This document shows positions 1 through 10,018 of a DNA stretch of 61,921 bases, one piece after another. How positions within the stretch are numbered: the stretch's first letter is position 1; every line of letters starts with the position of its first letter. This DNA is from an archaeon (GTDB lineage Archaea; Nanobdellota; Nanobdellia; Woesearchaeales; UBA9642), in assembly GCA_043806035.1 (NCBI GenBank), contig JAZDHK010000019.1, positions 1 to 61,921 of the forward strand, written 5' to 3'. A program made the translations under genes and the position numbers. The notes below the pieces were generated by a model. The model did no database searches. It was not told where the DNA came from and saw only the letters and a program-made list of their open reading frames with translations.

Positions 1-2
1 AT

Positions 3-89
3 GGCGTAGTCGTCATCGACGACCGACAACAAAAACTGAAAGTCTTTACCGCCGACGTGGATGCGACAAGCCCTCCGCAGAGGGCTTGA
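3..89 (+). mobile_element. tnpA: Probable 3' end of an IS200/IS605-family Y1 transposase gene, cut by the window edge
   Basis: The open frame GVVVIDDRQQKLKVFTADVDATSPPQRA* resembles a TnpA C-terminal tail and is followed by GC-rich hairpins. A recognisable TnpA core lies at the other window end. Confidence 0.45.
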
Positions 90-135
90 CGAGGAAGGAG
101 GCGGAACGGGGTCATAGGGGGTCGCAACCCCCTAT
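67..135 (+). repeat. Two 9-bp-stem hairpins with identical CGCA loops (candidate IS200 right-end structure)
   Basis: CAAGCCCTC-CGCA-GAGGGCTTG (67-88) and ATAGGGGGT-CGCA-ACCCCCTAT (114-135). Confidence 0.8.
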
Positions 136-168
136 CTCACATATTAACCAATAACCATCTTTAATAGT

Positions 169-489
169 ATGAAGAGACTAAAATTTTCAGAGCCTTTACC
201 TGATTTAGTTTTGTCAAGAGAAAAAGATTCAACTTGGAGAATCAATGATGATAAAAACATCACTCTTGATGATGTCCTCTCCCTATGCAGAAATGATGGT
301 GCTGAATTTGCCAGAGCAAAAGTTAAATGGATCAAATTAACAAAATTTCGTTATTTAACTGAGGAAGATAAGCAAGGGCATGAATCTTTTTCTACGAATG
401 AAGAAATGTATAGAACTTTTTCTGAATACTATACTATTAATGTTACTCCTGATACACCTCTGAAGATTATCAAGTATGAGTTGATATAG
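169..489 (+). CDS. ASCH/PUA-like domain protein
   Basis: LKF..LVLSREKDSTWR N-terminus, LTEEDKQGHESF motif, 106 aa; AT-rich relative to its neighbours. Confidence 0.75.
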   Translation: MKRLKFSEPLPDLVLSREKDSTWRINDDKNITLDDVLSLCRNDGAEFARAKVKWIKLTKFRYLTEEDKQGHESFSTNEEMYRTFSEYYTINVTPDTPLKIIKYELI

Positions 490-509
490 TCCGAGCCAGT
501 GACTTCTTC

Positions 510-530
510 AGAATTTTTTGCAAAAATTCT
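510..530. terminator. Hairpin between convergent genes
   Basis: AGAATTTTT-TGC-AAAAATTCT perfect 9-bp stem between the stops at 489 and 553. Confidence 0.4.
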
Positions 531-552
531 TCGACCACGTTGTACTTTTACT

Positions 553-1716
553 CTACTTCGTCTTCTTCTGCTCTTTCTTGATGATGTCGAGAATGTGCTT
601 TTCGAGCTTGAGCGCCTTGTCAATGTAACCTTTTATCTCATCGAGATCTTTTTGTTTTTTTTGTACATCCTTCTGTTCTGAATTGAAGACGTCCTCTAAC
701 TTGTACATGATATACGCGATGATCTTGCGCTGGAAGAGCAACGTGTTGTCCTTGTCTGCGAGCAACTGCTTTGTCTCAGCATTCGCGAATCCTGTCAATT
801 CCTGCATCTTCTGCTGCTTTAATGTCTCGTCCTTCTCGATGAGGCTCTCTATCTCCTCATCCTTGCGAATCTTCTGCATCGTGTTATTGAGAATCTGCAT
901 TGACGGCCGAGTTTGGCTCTTTTTGTACGTGTCAACATCCTTTTTGAGCATGTTCAGGTTCTTTTCCATATCCCGAGAAACCTGCTCCTCCTGCCTTTCC
1001 TCCGTCTTCTCTTCCGTTTTGACGTCTTCCTCCTTCCTCTCCGTATCCTTGATCTCTGACTCGAGCTTCCGGTCGTCGCTCGACTTGGGAACGTCCACTG
1101 CATCGAAGCTTCCCGATGACCTCTGCCTGTTTGCAAACATCTTGATGATGTGCCAGAATCCCAGGATGATGAAGACGACCACGATGATGCTGATTATTCC
1201 AGAAATGCTCATGTCCTTGAAGCCCGGGATGAGCTTCTCAAGCTGGTCCATCATGCCCGACATCATGCCAAGGATGTACGCTGCCAAGAAGTACGCTATG
1301 GCAAGCATGCCGTTGACCATGGCCGGATGTCCCTTGATCCAGGTCTTGAGATTGTGTGCAAGCCAAAGAAACCCAACGACAGGTGCAAGCACCATGAGGA
1401 TGCCGATGACGATCGTATACGTACTGAAGATGAGATTGAGAAAATCATCAGGGAGAAGCACGGCGCTACCGAATGCAATGCCAAGTGAAATCGTTGTCGC
1501 AACGCCTTTCTGGTTCTTGAAGAGCATGCTCGCGACAAAATACAGCAGCGAGAACACCATGATGGCGTAAATGCTCTTGAGCACGTACGTCTCAGGCACG
1601 TTCAGGAAGATGCTCTTGAACACATCTCCCACTATGCCGGGCAGCTGCCAGGCAAAAACGAAGGGAAGACTGAGCAGTACTGCAACTCCCCAACTAATCT
1701 GCCTTCCCCTGACCAT
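553..1716 (-). CDS. Multi-pass membrane protein with charged coiled-coil C-terminal tail; paralog of 6556..7761
   Basis: Signal/TM-rich N-half and E/K-rich helical C-half. The N-terminal region aligns by eye with the 6556 gene. Confidence 0.8.
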   Translation of the reverse strand: MVRGRQISWGVAVLLSLPFVFAWQLPGIVGDVFKSIFLNVPETYVLKSIYAIMVFSLLYFVASMLFKNQKGVATTISLGIAFGSAVLLPDDFLNLIFSTYTIVIGILMVLAPVVGFLWLAHNLKTWIKGHPAMVNGMLAIAYFLAAYILGMMSGMMDQLEKLIPGFKDMSISGIISIIVVVFIILGFWHIIKMFANRQRSSGSFDAVDVPKSSDDRKLESEIKDTERKEEDVKTEEKTEERQEEQVSRDMEKNLNMLKKDVDTYKKSQTRPSMQILNNTMQKIRKDEEIESLIEKDETLKQQKMQELTGFANAETKQLLADKDNTLLFQRKIIAYIMYKLEDVFNSEQKDVQKKQKDLDEIKGYIDKALKLEKHILDIIKKEQKKTK

Positions 1717-1727
1717 GAACTATCTCC

Positions 1728-2147
1728 TTAATGTTCTGTAAGCCCGCCGATGATGAGCAGAACGCCCTCGACCGCGATGACAATGTAGTAGACGATCAAG
1801 CTATTGATGAACGCAGGCATGGCGAATTTGAGCATGCCGAAGTTGATGAGGATGGGCAGCAAGCCTATAATCAACAGCACGATTCCTGCGGCGATGAGCA
1901 GCCAGTGCAGGGAATGTTGCGGTGGCTCGATGAAGCCGTCGATGACCACGTACATGCCGAACGCTGCAACAAGCCAGACGATGATGTTCAATGGAAGGCT
2001 GGTGAACAGCCCTGCGAGGATGTTCAATTTCCCCAGAACGTTCAATGCACCGACTGCTCCAAAGATGGCAATGATTACGCCTGCAAAAAAGCTTAAGGTA
2101 TCTCTTGGAGCGGTAAAGACTAATCCTTTCTTGTTCATGTTCGTCAC
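1728..2147 (-). CDS. Small 4-TM membrane protein
   Basis: Four hydrophobic segments; GAGGTG RBS upstream; operon-coupled. Confidence 0.8.
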   Translation of the reverse strand: MTNMNKKGLVFTAPRDTLSFFAGVIIAIFGAVGALNVLGKLNILAGLFTSLPLNIIVWLVAAFGMYVVIDGFIEPPQHSLHWLLIAAGIVLLIIGLLPILINFGMLKFAMPAFINSLIVYYIVIAVEGVLLIIGGLTEH

Positions 2148-2160
2148 CTCGACTTATCCT

Positions 2161-3186
2161 TTACGTCTTTTTTTTGAATTTTCTTATCGCAGCTTCTGTG
2201 CTGTTTTCCATCGCAGGAATTTTTCGCTGCGTCTGCTGCAGGATGGCCCGTGCCCTATCCACATCTTCCTCGAGCCGCGTTTGCACTTCATGCACGACAT
2301 TGTCAATGGCCTTCAGCATGTCCTCTGCAATGGTTGAGGGGAAGTCTTCAGCTTTCAGTGTTTCAATTCCTTTCTTTTGCTGATGCACTTTCTCATAGAA
2401 GTACACCATCGCCAGCACGAGATCGGACATCTCGCGTGCGGCAAGCTTCTCGAATTTGTAATTCTCCTCGATGTACTCATCGATCTGCTTGAGGATATCC
2501 TCGTGTTCCTTGATATGGGTCTCGTGCTCGAGCCGCTTTTCGAGACGTTTTTTCTTTCTGGATTCTACGCGTTCATGATAGACGACGTACTTCATGTCAT
2601 TGCCCAACGCACCGATGTCCATCCTGGCGAAGTTCTTCAGTCCTGGAGGCATGGTCTGGTTCTTCTCCAGCCAGTACAATTCGTTGAGCTCGAAATTGAC
2701 TTCGTCCTCGAGCAGCTTGACGATTTTAAGAAGTCTGTTCCTCAAATCGTTTAAGCGTTCCTGCAATTGGGATTGCGGAAGGAAGGGTTTTTTTTCAGCG
2801 GCAAGCTTTTCATTCTCCTTGTTGAAGAGGTTTATCTCGACATTGATGAAATTCTTCGGGTTATTGGGATTCATGAGCTCAGCAATGGCGCGTATCCGCA
2901 ATGCTTCGACGAGCTCTTGCCGGCGTACTGCCTCGAGAATGTCTTGCTCTTCCTTCTTGAGCAGGTCCAGTTCCTTATGGAAGTCTTTGTGGATGCGTTC
3001 TAGGCTGCCTATATTGGCGACGTCCTCGTGGAGCTTGTTGCCTATTTCCACGAGTTTCGGTTCGAGATTCACTGCTCTCCTGATGAATCGTCGTTCCTTG
3101 TTCTCTTCCCGCTTCTCAGGGTTGATTGAGAGAAACTTTGCTTTCCATTCTTCCAACTTTAGTCTTGTCAATCCAAAAAGTGCCAT
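2161..3186 (-). CDS. Hypothetical all-helical/coiled-coil protein
   Basis: 341 aa E/K/L-rich ORF; 4-nt gap to the upstream gene. Confidence 0.8.
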   Translation of the reverse strand: MALFGLTRLKLEEWKAKFLSINPEKREENKERRFIRRAVNLEPKLVEIGNKLHEDVANIGSLERIHKDFHKELDLLKKEEQDILEAVRRQELVEALRIRAIAELMNPNNPKNFINVEINLFNKENEKLAAEKKPFLPQSQLQERLNDLRNRLLKIVKLLEDEVNFELNELYWLEKNQTMPPGLKNFARMDIGALGNDMKYVVYHERVESRKKKRLEKRLEHETHIKEHEDILKQIDEYIEENYKFEKLAAREMSDLVLAMVYFYEKVHQQKKGIETLKAEDFPSTIAEDMLKAIDNVVHEVQTRLEEDVDRARAILQQTQRKIPAMENSTEAAIRKFKKKT

Positions 3187-3190
3187 GTTC

Positions 3191-6100
3191 TCAACCGTAG
3201 TATTCCGCTACCCTCTTAATGGTTTCTATGTTTGTGATGATGTCATCATAGGATAATCCCTTGAGTTTTGTCTGAGCAGCATCATGCAAGCTTGTTTTAG
3301 CATTTGTCGTCATGTACGTTTCCGCATCCTTCAGCAGTTGGTAGGTATCGTCGAACGTCTTGTATGCAGTCCCTCCCACCACTTGTGGAGGTAGCGTGTG
3401 GCTGTTCAGATAGCCCAGTACGGTCTTGCTGACTTTAGTCTTCACAGCATCGAGCTGCTTGATGAGCGTTTGGATGAAGTTCAGATCGTCTTTGTCCCAG
3501 AAGCGTGCGGACATTTTTTGACCTGGTTTCATGCGCGTTTTGATGTGTGTAATCTCCTTTTCCACACGGTCGTGGATGTGCGTCATGAGTTCATGCACTT
3601 TCTGTTTGCTCGCGGGCGTGCTTGCCTTGTAATCGACATCCACCTTTTCCGTGACTGTTACTAAGCTGGTTGTTGCATCCTTTGCGTTGATGCGTACCTT
3701 CAGCACGTACTTGCTGGATGGCAGTGTGCCGTTGCCTAGAAGAGCCAGTTTTATTGTTTCCTTCTTGCCTTTTTTCAGTGTCATTGCACGCTTATCTCTG
3801 GTGATGTTGTTTCCTTTCTCCAATCGTTTCGGGTCAAAGGGATCAAAACAGAGTGCGAGGAAGTGTTGTTTCTGCACTGCATTCTGAGGATTAACCGCAT
3901 ATACTTCCCCATATATGCTGATTTCGCAGGCAATATCCGTGCTTGACGTGACTTCCAGCGTGTAATTGTTCTTGTCGAGCACGATATCATCAGGGGATTG
4001 GCTCTTGTTGATGATGCTCAACGCTGCTTTCTTCTGCTTGAGCACAAGGCCAATTGCAGCCTGCTTGTCAGACAGCTCGATATAGTTGTAATCCCAAAGA
4101 TTGCCGCTTCCATACGCGTGAGGCACGCCTTTTGCTGCCAGGTCTTCCTTCTTCGCAAAGCAGTAGAGCCGGTACGTCTTCCCTGGTTTCATTGCCGCAA
4201 GGATTGCTGCATCATCAATCATGGCCGCGACCGTTTCGTCCTTTGGCTTCACTGGTTTTGCATCAAGAATGGATGTTGACTTGCCATTGATGCTCACTTC
4301 CTTGATGAATCCCGTCGGATGGCCTTGCAATTGCACCTCGTGTGCTGGATCGAACCCCTCGTTTGCATGGTCGACCTCATGGATTAAGACGTCATAAAAC
4401 AGTGCGCTCTTGCCGATGCTTGTCTTCTTGACATGGAATGCGTGATCATTCACCCCTACCTTATGGACGAGCTGCGGAGCGTTCGTGCCGAATGGTGCTT
4501 TTAGCGGAGCGGTGTGTTTCTTCGTGTCTGAAGCAGGAATGACAAGCAGTTTCTGCTTCGCAGGTGATTTGTTTTCCATGAAGATGATGACGGGGCTCAC
4601 TTCAGGCTTGTCGCCAGGAATTTTCAATGACACAGGATACGCATGCTCGCTATCATGATACCCTGACATCATGCCGCGCACGATGATAGGGACTTCCGTC
4701 GGCATCTTCGTGAGCGTAAACCTTCCTTCACTACCTACTGCCGTCTTGTTTTCTGGAGGCGTCGGTTTTGCTTTGTTCTGCTTGCCCGCAACATCAGTAT
4801 AGTCGTATTCGAGATCCACACCCTCTAAGCCTATGAGTGTGCTGTCGTTCTTGATGGCTTCAGCGATCTCTTGCGTGAGCGTCGCCTTGGAAGTGACAAT
4901 GGTGTGCAATTTTCCATTGACGACGATATCAATGGGCAATTCGACAACCCTGCCTTTCACCGTGCCTGTCAGTTGGCTGATCTTGCCTCCCGTTGGCGAC
5001 CACTTTGCCCACTTCCATGCCAGTTTGGTGACGTTGAAGGACATGAGCTTAGAGAAGGTCAATCCCCGCACTTCTCTCCTCGTCCAGTCCCACTTTTTTG
5101 CTCGAGCAGCGCCTAACGCAATGACTTCTCCTGGCTTGAGCTCGACGTAGGGCACGGTCCTTTGTATTGCTTCCATCCTGCCCACCATGCCCAAAGCAAG
5201 GAAATTTCCGTACACTTTGCCTTCGTGTTTCTTGCCTGCCAACGCTTCCTCGACGTTCTTGTTTCCCAGAACTTCATAGTTCATCTTGTAATCGCCGATG
5301 TATCGGGGGTAGTTGTGTGGATTGCCTGCAACCTCCTCGAACTGCTGCTCGCTGTCGAACTTCCACCACACGTAATAGTAGCGATGCTGGAGCCAGTTTG
5401 TGTTGTTCTTCGTGTTCTCTGGCAAGGCATCGACGTTTACCATGTCAGGATATGTCGTGCCTGGCTCTGCATGCTCTATCCTGTCGACATTATCAGGAAT
5501 GATGCCGAGGTCGACAAGCAGTTTTTTCCTTAATTCTATTCCTTCATAGAGCTGATTTCCGCCAAGCAAAGACTTATAGTATGAGACCAGAGCGTAATCA
5601 GGAGTCGCTCGTGTACCATCATAACCAATGCCGAGCGGATCCTGCACTTCTCCGCTGATGTAGCCGTTGATGTGCCTCACGAGCCTGTAGTATGCCTTGT
5701 ATGCGTCCACGCAATCTTGTGAGGTGGGAGGTGTGTTGTTTGGTATTTTGAGTATGTCATTGATGAGTTGTGGGGGTACTTTTGACGGCTTCTTGGAGAG
5801 CTGATGCGTAAATGTCTTGATCCAGTTAACGGCATCTATCAAGTATCTATCACGCTCAAGGAGGGTGCTTCTCAAGTATTCGGCATATGCTGATTCGCAA
5901 TACTTTTCTGCCTGCTCTTTGCTCTTTTTGATGTATGCAGGAGTGGCTATCGCCTGCTCAACGCCATCATATTTTTTGCTGATATTTGCCTGCAGCTGAT
6001 CGTAATTTGTTATTTGTGCAGGTTCTATCTCGAGCAGGAAAACTGGATGAGTGTCTGCAAAGAGAGGCGTCGACGAATTCTGAAGCGTATTATTGATCAT

Positions 6101-6556
6101 GTGTGCAAAGTCAGTCTTGCTTGGTGATTCGTTGAAGAATGACGTGAATTGGCTTTTCTCGAGCGGCCAGGCCAGCTTGTATTCGGACTCCATATCGAGA
6201 TATTCTTTGAGCTGCTCTCTTACTCGCTGCTCATAATCTTTGGTGTGCTGGATGATTTTCGGGTCTATCTTGATGATGAACAAAATGCCCGTAGTCGTTA
6301 TTCTCTTGGCGCCTGCATGGTAGCTTATGACTGCGGATTTCTGACCTTTTGAATTTACATTTAAGTCTGCAAGGATTGGTTTTGATGGTCTTGTTGCTGC
6401 ATACACTGGTTTTTTTATGGTTCCGCCCCACCAATGGCTGCCATAACTGCGTTCGCTGAGTTCTTTGAGTTTGTCCGTGCCTTTCTCATTATGGAGCAGG
6501 TAGTGATAGAAGAGGATGTACTCGTCGTGCGGCGTCGCTGTGGGCATAGTCGGCAT
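3191..6556 (-). CDS. Large hypothetical multidomain protein (1121 aa)
   Basis: Long ORF whose start overlaps the upstream stop (TAATG). The central beta-rich segment (GTVKGRVV...GRFTLTKMP) resembles prealbumin/carboxypeptidase-regulatory-like folds. Confidence 0.8.
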   Translation of the reverse strand: MPTMPTATPHDEYILFYHYLLHNEKGTDKLKELSERSYGSHWWGGTIKKPVYAATRPSKPILADLNVNSKGQKSAVISYHAGAKRITTTGILFIIKIDPKIIQHTKDYEQRVREQLKEYLDMESEYKLAWPLEKSQFTSFFNESPSKTDFAHMINNTLQNSSTPLFADTHPVFLLEIEPAQITNYDQLQANISKKYDGVEQAIATPAYIKKSKEQAEKYCESAYAEYLRSTLLERDRYLIDAVNWIKTFTHQLSKKPSKVPPQLINDILKIPNNTPPTSQDCVDAYKAYYRLVRHINGYISGEVQDPLGIGYDGTRATPDYALVSYYKSLLGGNQLYEGIELRKKLLVDLGIIPDNVDRIEHAEPGTTYPDMVNVDALPENTKNNTNWLQHRYYYVWWKFDSEQQFEEVAGNPHNYPRYIGDYKMNYEVLGNKNVEEALAGKKHEGKVYGNFLALGMVGRMEAIQRTVPYVELKPGEVIALGAARAKKWDWTRREVRGLTFSKLMSFNVTKLAWKWAKWSPTGGKISQLTGTVKGRVVELPIDIVVNGKLHTIVTSKATLTQEIAEAIKNDSTLIGLEGVDLEYDYTDVAGKQNKAKPTPPENKTAVGSEGRFTLTKMPTEVPIIVRGMMSGYHDSEHAYPVSLKIPGDKPEVSPVIIFMENKSPAKQKLLVIPASDTKKHTAPLKAPFGTNAPQLVHKVGVNDHAFHVKKTSIGKSALFYDVLIHEVDHANEGFDPAHEVQLQGHPTGFIKEVSINGKSTSILDAKPVKPKDETVAAMIDDAAILAAMKPGKTYRLYCFAKKEDLAAKGVPHAYGSGNLWDYNYIELSDKQAAIGLVLKQKKAALSIINKSQSPDDIVLDKNNYTLEVTSSTDIACEISIYGEVYAVNPQNAVQKQHFLALCFDPFDPKRLEKGNNITRDKRAMTLKKGKKETIKLALLGNGTLPSSKYVLKVRINAKDATTSLVTVTEKVDVDYKASTPASKQKVHELMTHIHDRVEKEITHIKTRMKPGQKMSARFWDKDDLNFIQTLIKQLDAVKTKVSKTVLGYLNSHTLPPQVVGGTAYKTFDDTYQLLKDAETYMTTNAKTSLHDAAQTKLKGLSYDDIITNIETIKRVAEYYG

Positions 6557-7761
6557 TATTCTACCCTCCCTGTCAACTCAGTCGCTTTCTGCCCGTTAGA
6601 GCCCATGACATCTCGCACGTAATGGATTTTTGGCTCGAACCACTCATCCTTCTCTCCCTTTTTCTTGAGTACGACATTCAAGGAAACGAATTCTCCGCCT
6701 GTAGGGAAGAGATCCTCTTCGTGCGATGAGAATGCACCTGCTGAGACGATGAGCTTGTACTTGCCGCTTGGTATGCTTTTTGCTTTCGTATTGTCAGGCC
6801 AGAAGCCGTCAGGATTCGTCATACCCGTTATTTCCATGTAGTACTTGTTCTTCTTGAACACGCCTGTCCGCTTGTCAATCCCTGTCGGGATGAGACGGAT
6901 GTTCGCCCCCTTGACGGGATTCTGGTCATTGTCTTCCACATGAATCTGGATGGTGCACGGATTTTTTGGATCGAAGAGAGAAGGATCGTCGGGCAGGCCT
7001 GTCTTCTTGCTTTTTCCCTTCTTGCCATCTTCACCATCGCCGCCATTCTTTCCGTCATTGCCATTCTTTCCTGATCCGTCAGAACCATCATTCTTATCTT
7101 TCCCTGAGCCTTCTGTCCCTGCTCCCCGTTCTGTATTCGTGCCGCCCCACAATGCGAGGATGGTGTTCCAAACGGCAAGGCAGAGGAAGATGAAGCTTGC
7201 GAATAATGCAATTTCGTCGAGCTTGACCACTTCAGGGCTTACCCCGAGAAAGTTCAGCTCGGCAAGTGAGTAGCCGATCATGCCCATGATGTACGAGCCG
7301 AGAATGAATATTGTTGCTCTGAAGCCGCGCTGCCATCGCGTGTATGATTTTTTGTCCTCTGTCTTCCAGATGCTGCCCAAGTACGTCAGTCCGATGACCG
7401 GGCCGAGGACGAGCACAATTCCTATTACTCCGCCGTAGATCTGGAAGATGCTCATCACCCAGAGTGCGGGAAGCAGGATGGCGCTTGTCAATGCAAGTGC
7501 AATAGAAATGATGATGGCGACGCTTTTGTTCCGTGCCTCTTTTTGGACCTGGAACACTTTGTATGCCGAATAGTAGAAGAGGGCGAAGACGATGATGAAC
7601 AGTACAAACCTGAACACCCATTCTTCAGGGATGGTGATGAAGAAACTCCTGAGACTGTTCGTGATGATGCCGGGAACGATAAGCGCATGAACGTCAGGCA
7701 AGAGCAAAAGTGCCAGAAAGCCAAGTAAGTAACTCAGACCCTTTTTCTGCAGTACTGACAT
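6556..7761 (-). CDS. Multi-pass membrane protein with G/D/K linker and C-terminal beta-sandwich (carboxypeptidase-regulatory-like) domain
   Basis: Start moved to MSVLQKKG (TATA-like element at ~7787). TM N-half; IHVEDNDQNPVKGANI...GMTNPDG...PSGKYKLIVSA motif. Confidence 0.75.
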   Translation of the reverse strand: MSVLQKKGLSYLLGFLALLLLPDVHALIVPGIITNSLRSFFITIPEEWVFRFVLFIIVFALFYYSAYKVFQVQKEARNKSVAIIISIALALTSAILLPALWVMSIFQIYGGVIGIVLVLGPVIGLTYLGSIWKTEDKKSYTRWQRGFRATIFILGSYIMGMIGYSLAELNFLGVSPEVVKLDEIALFASFIFLCLAVWNTILALWGGTNTERGAGTEGSGKDKNDGSDGSGKNGNDGKNGGDGEDGKKGKSKKTGLPDDPSLFDPKNPCTIQIHVEDNDQNPVKGANIRLIPTGIDKRTGVFKKNKYYMEITGMTNPDGFWPDNTKAKSIPSGKYKLIVSAGAFSSHEEDLFPTGGEFVSLNVVLKKKGEKDEWFEPKIHYVRDVMGSNGQKATELTGRVE

Positions 7762-7937
7762 ATGAGTGCCTTCCTGCACAGCGAGGTTTAAATATCTTTC
7801 TAAAAATTGGCTGTGGGTTCGCAACGGGTTTATGCGTGGAAATAGGCACATTCTCCTCTTGTCACAAAATAGACTGGCAAAGAAAGTCATCACTCAAGAA
7901 AAATAAAGCTTATAAATGAGCGTACATTCTTAGGAGG

Positions 7938-8300
7938 ATGTCACTCCTCGAGGATGGCTATTTAGAAATGTGTATTGGCACGTTGATGCATACGCTCACC
8001 ATCATTCCTGACTACAGACGATATGATGAGGTTGGGCGATTCTATGCGAGTGTCGCAGATCAGCAATTCCCGCTCAATCAATTCAGGCAGGTCGAGCAGC
8101 TCTTCGGTGAACTCTTCAGCGTCTATCCATCCTCTTTCCTCGAAAAAAAGCTCAAGAACGCGTCCCGCGCCTATCGTGAACTGCACCAGGAACGTACCGT
8201 GACCTTGCGTGAACTCGTACAAATAGGTAGAGAGAACGCACAGTATCGGGCACGGGAAAAAGTGACGGAACTGCAGGACTATTACGAGCAGCTCAGGTGA
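7938..8300 (+). CDS. Hypothetical protein
   Basis: AGGAGG RBS and TATA upstream, 120 aa. Confidence 0.65.
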   Translation: MSLLEDGYLEMCIGTLMHTLTIIPDYRRYDEVGRFYASVADQQFPLNQFRQVEQLFGELFSVYPSSFLEKKLKNASRAYRELHQERTVTLRELVQIGRENAQYRAREKVTELQDYYEQLR

Positions 8301-8304
8301 TATC

Positions 8305-8925
8305 ATGAAAAAAGTAGCGCTTTTGCTTGCTGGACTCGCCCTTGCACTGCCTGCACAAGCAGACCTGCACGGCAACATCAAATATCTGCAAGCGATAGAG
8401 AAAAAATCAACGCTATGCTCCTATCCAGAAACCAATCTCTTCTACACTGCAGGCAAGATCGATGGCTATACGTATCTTGACGTGTACAACGTCGACGTGT
8501 ACAGTGATGGAAGCTATTATGGCAGAACGAGCCTCACTCGTGAGCTGGTTCCTTACCTATGTGCGAAAGTGGAAGGAGAGCATGACAGCAAACCGCTGAC
8601 AGATGCGGGCGTCGGTGTCACGGGAAAGTACGCGTATGGAACTGGTGATGCTAGTATGAGTCTTATGCCCTATTATCTTGGAGAGCACGGTCATGTTGGG
8701 AAGAAAGTGCTGCTGCAATTCACGTACGACCAGCGCTTGCCGTTTGGTTTTGCTTTTTCAACATTCGGAGAATGGAATGTGAAGACAAAGCAGTGGGGGT
8801 ATGGCGAGGCGGAACTCAGCAGGCGCTTCGGCATGCTCGGCGTTGGAATAAATGCTGCCCTGCTCAATAAGGCAAATCTTGTCCCGGACAAAGAACTTCG
8901 TGCTGTGCTGTCGCTCAACTTCTGA
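8305..8925 (+). CDS. Secreted protein with outer-membrane beta-barrel-like features
   Basis: Sec signal (AQA|D), alternating aromatic/Gly strands, C-terminal LRAVLSLNF ending in Phe. Confidence 0.55.
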   Translation: MKKVALLLAGLALALPAQADLHGNIKYLQAIEKKSTLCSYPETNLFYTAGKIDGYTYLDVYNVDVYSDGSYYGRTSLTRELVPYLCAKVEGEHDSKPLTDAGVGVTGKYAYGTGDASMSLMPYYLGEHGHVGKKVLLQFTYDQRLPFGFAFSTFGEWNVKTKQWGYGEAELSRRFGMLGVGINAALLNKANLVPDKELRAVLSLNF

Positions 8926-8935
8926 ATGAAGAACA

Positions 8936-9331
8936 CTAAAGTTTTCCCTGTCCGTGAATGGAATTGCCATCGAAATCAATGACGTTTGTGTAGCCAATGC
9001 GCAGATTGCCGTTTTGTTCAGGGACGAGATCAGCGACTTCCTTGCATCGAGATGTGAATCGCAAGTTTTCAAACGTCAATTCTGGTTTTGCTGCAAAAAG
9101 TACTGCGGTATAATCGATTTTTGGAGATTCGACTTGTATTGTGGAGTTGGGCTCCATGCCTATTGTCTGTCGTGATGCCATGAGGGCAGAAACGGAATGT
9201 CCCTTGATAAGATAGGGATCAAACCCTTCTTTTCGAATTGCATCAAATGCTTTTTTCGTGGTCGCATCAAGATTGTTCTCAGCGTGAGCGATGTACTCCA
9301 GTTTTTCTTCAGGAGAGATATTCATAATCAC
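8936..9331 (-). CDS. Hypothetical protein
   Basis: 131 aa ORF with AGGTG RBS. Confidence 0.6.
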   Translation of the reverse strand: MIMNISPEEKLEYIAHAENNLDATTKKAFDAIRKEGFDPYLIKGHSVSALMASRQTIGMEPNSTIQVESPKIDYTAVLFAAKPELTFENLRFTSRCKEVADLVPEQNGNLRIGYTNVIDFDGNSIHGQGKL

Positions 9332-9406
9332 CTGTGAGTGGTTATATTAATATAAATTTTTTGGTTCACCTGTAATTGACGGAAAAAAGAGTTCAGAGAA
9401 ACAACA

Positions 9407-10018
9407 TTACCTGCTCGAGTCCGCCTGTCTCTCGGTTTCGAGCTTCTTGGTTATTGCCAAAGAATTAGGAGAGAGCATGAATGCGTTTATGATTTCGTCT
9501 GCGATGCAGTCTTGGATCTTTCGTTTGCTTGAGAACGTCTTTTCGTACGCGCCCTGCACCATGAGCCGCAATACGAGATCTATCCTTCGCTGCGGGCTTG
9601 ATTCCACTGCTTTCGGATACCGTGCGCCACCATACTCGATCGTGATGATTTCTTCTCTCGTCGCCGCATTTTCTATTGCCTTGACGAAGACCTCGATGGG
9701 GTTCTTTTTCGTCTTCCGCTCGACAATCTCGAGCGCCTTTTCCATGATCTTGTAGAGTGTCGTCGCTTTACCCGAGCAGTGTCCTGAGGAGATCTTGTGT
9801 TTCTTTCCCTTATGGCCAGGAATCATCATCTTGTTCAGCAGTCGTTCGATGATGAACACTTTGGATTTGTAGAAACGATAGCCTGCATATCTTGCGCCCG
9901 TCTTGGGCACGAACACTGGCTTTGTGGTGATGTACCTTTCCAGACCGGGATCCTCAACCTTGATGTGGGTTGTCGGCCATCGATTGAATGCAAGAACTTC
10001 ATTCATCATATCACTCAT
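9407..10018 (-). CDS. rps7: 30S ribosomal protein uS7 (archaeal type)
   Basis: IIERLLNKMM, NPIEVFVKAIENA, YGGARYPKAVESSPQRRID and ERQADSSR motifs. Start set at the ATG overlapping the eL41 stop. Confidence 0.96.
   Translation of the reverse strand: MSDMMNEVLAFNRWPTTHIKVEDPGLERYITTKPVFVPKTGARYAGYRFYKSKVFIIERLLNKMMIPGHKGKKHKISSGHCSGKATTLYKIMEKALEIVERKTKKNPIEVFVKAIENAATREEIITIEYGGARYPKAVESSPQRRIDLVLRLMVQGAYEKTFSSKRKIQDCIADEIINAFMLSPNSLAITKKLETERQADSSR

Noticed and set aside
1-140. DGR variable region with downstream hairpin
   Set aside because: No reverse transcriptase or template/variable repeat pair was seen; the IS200 end explanation fits better.
683-1570. Long antisense ORFs (also 2594..3256, 14836..15603, 17635..18498, 21188..22375, 43558..44382)
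   Set aside because: These are shadows of better-supported genes on the opposite strand and carry no motifs.
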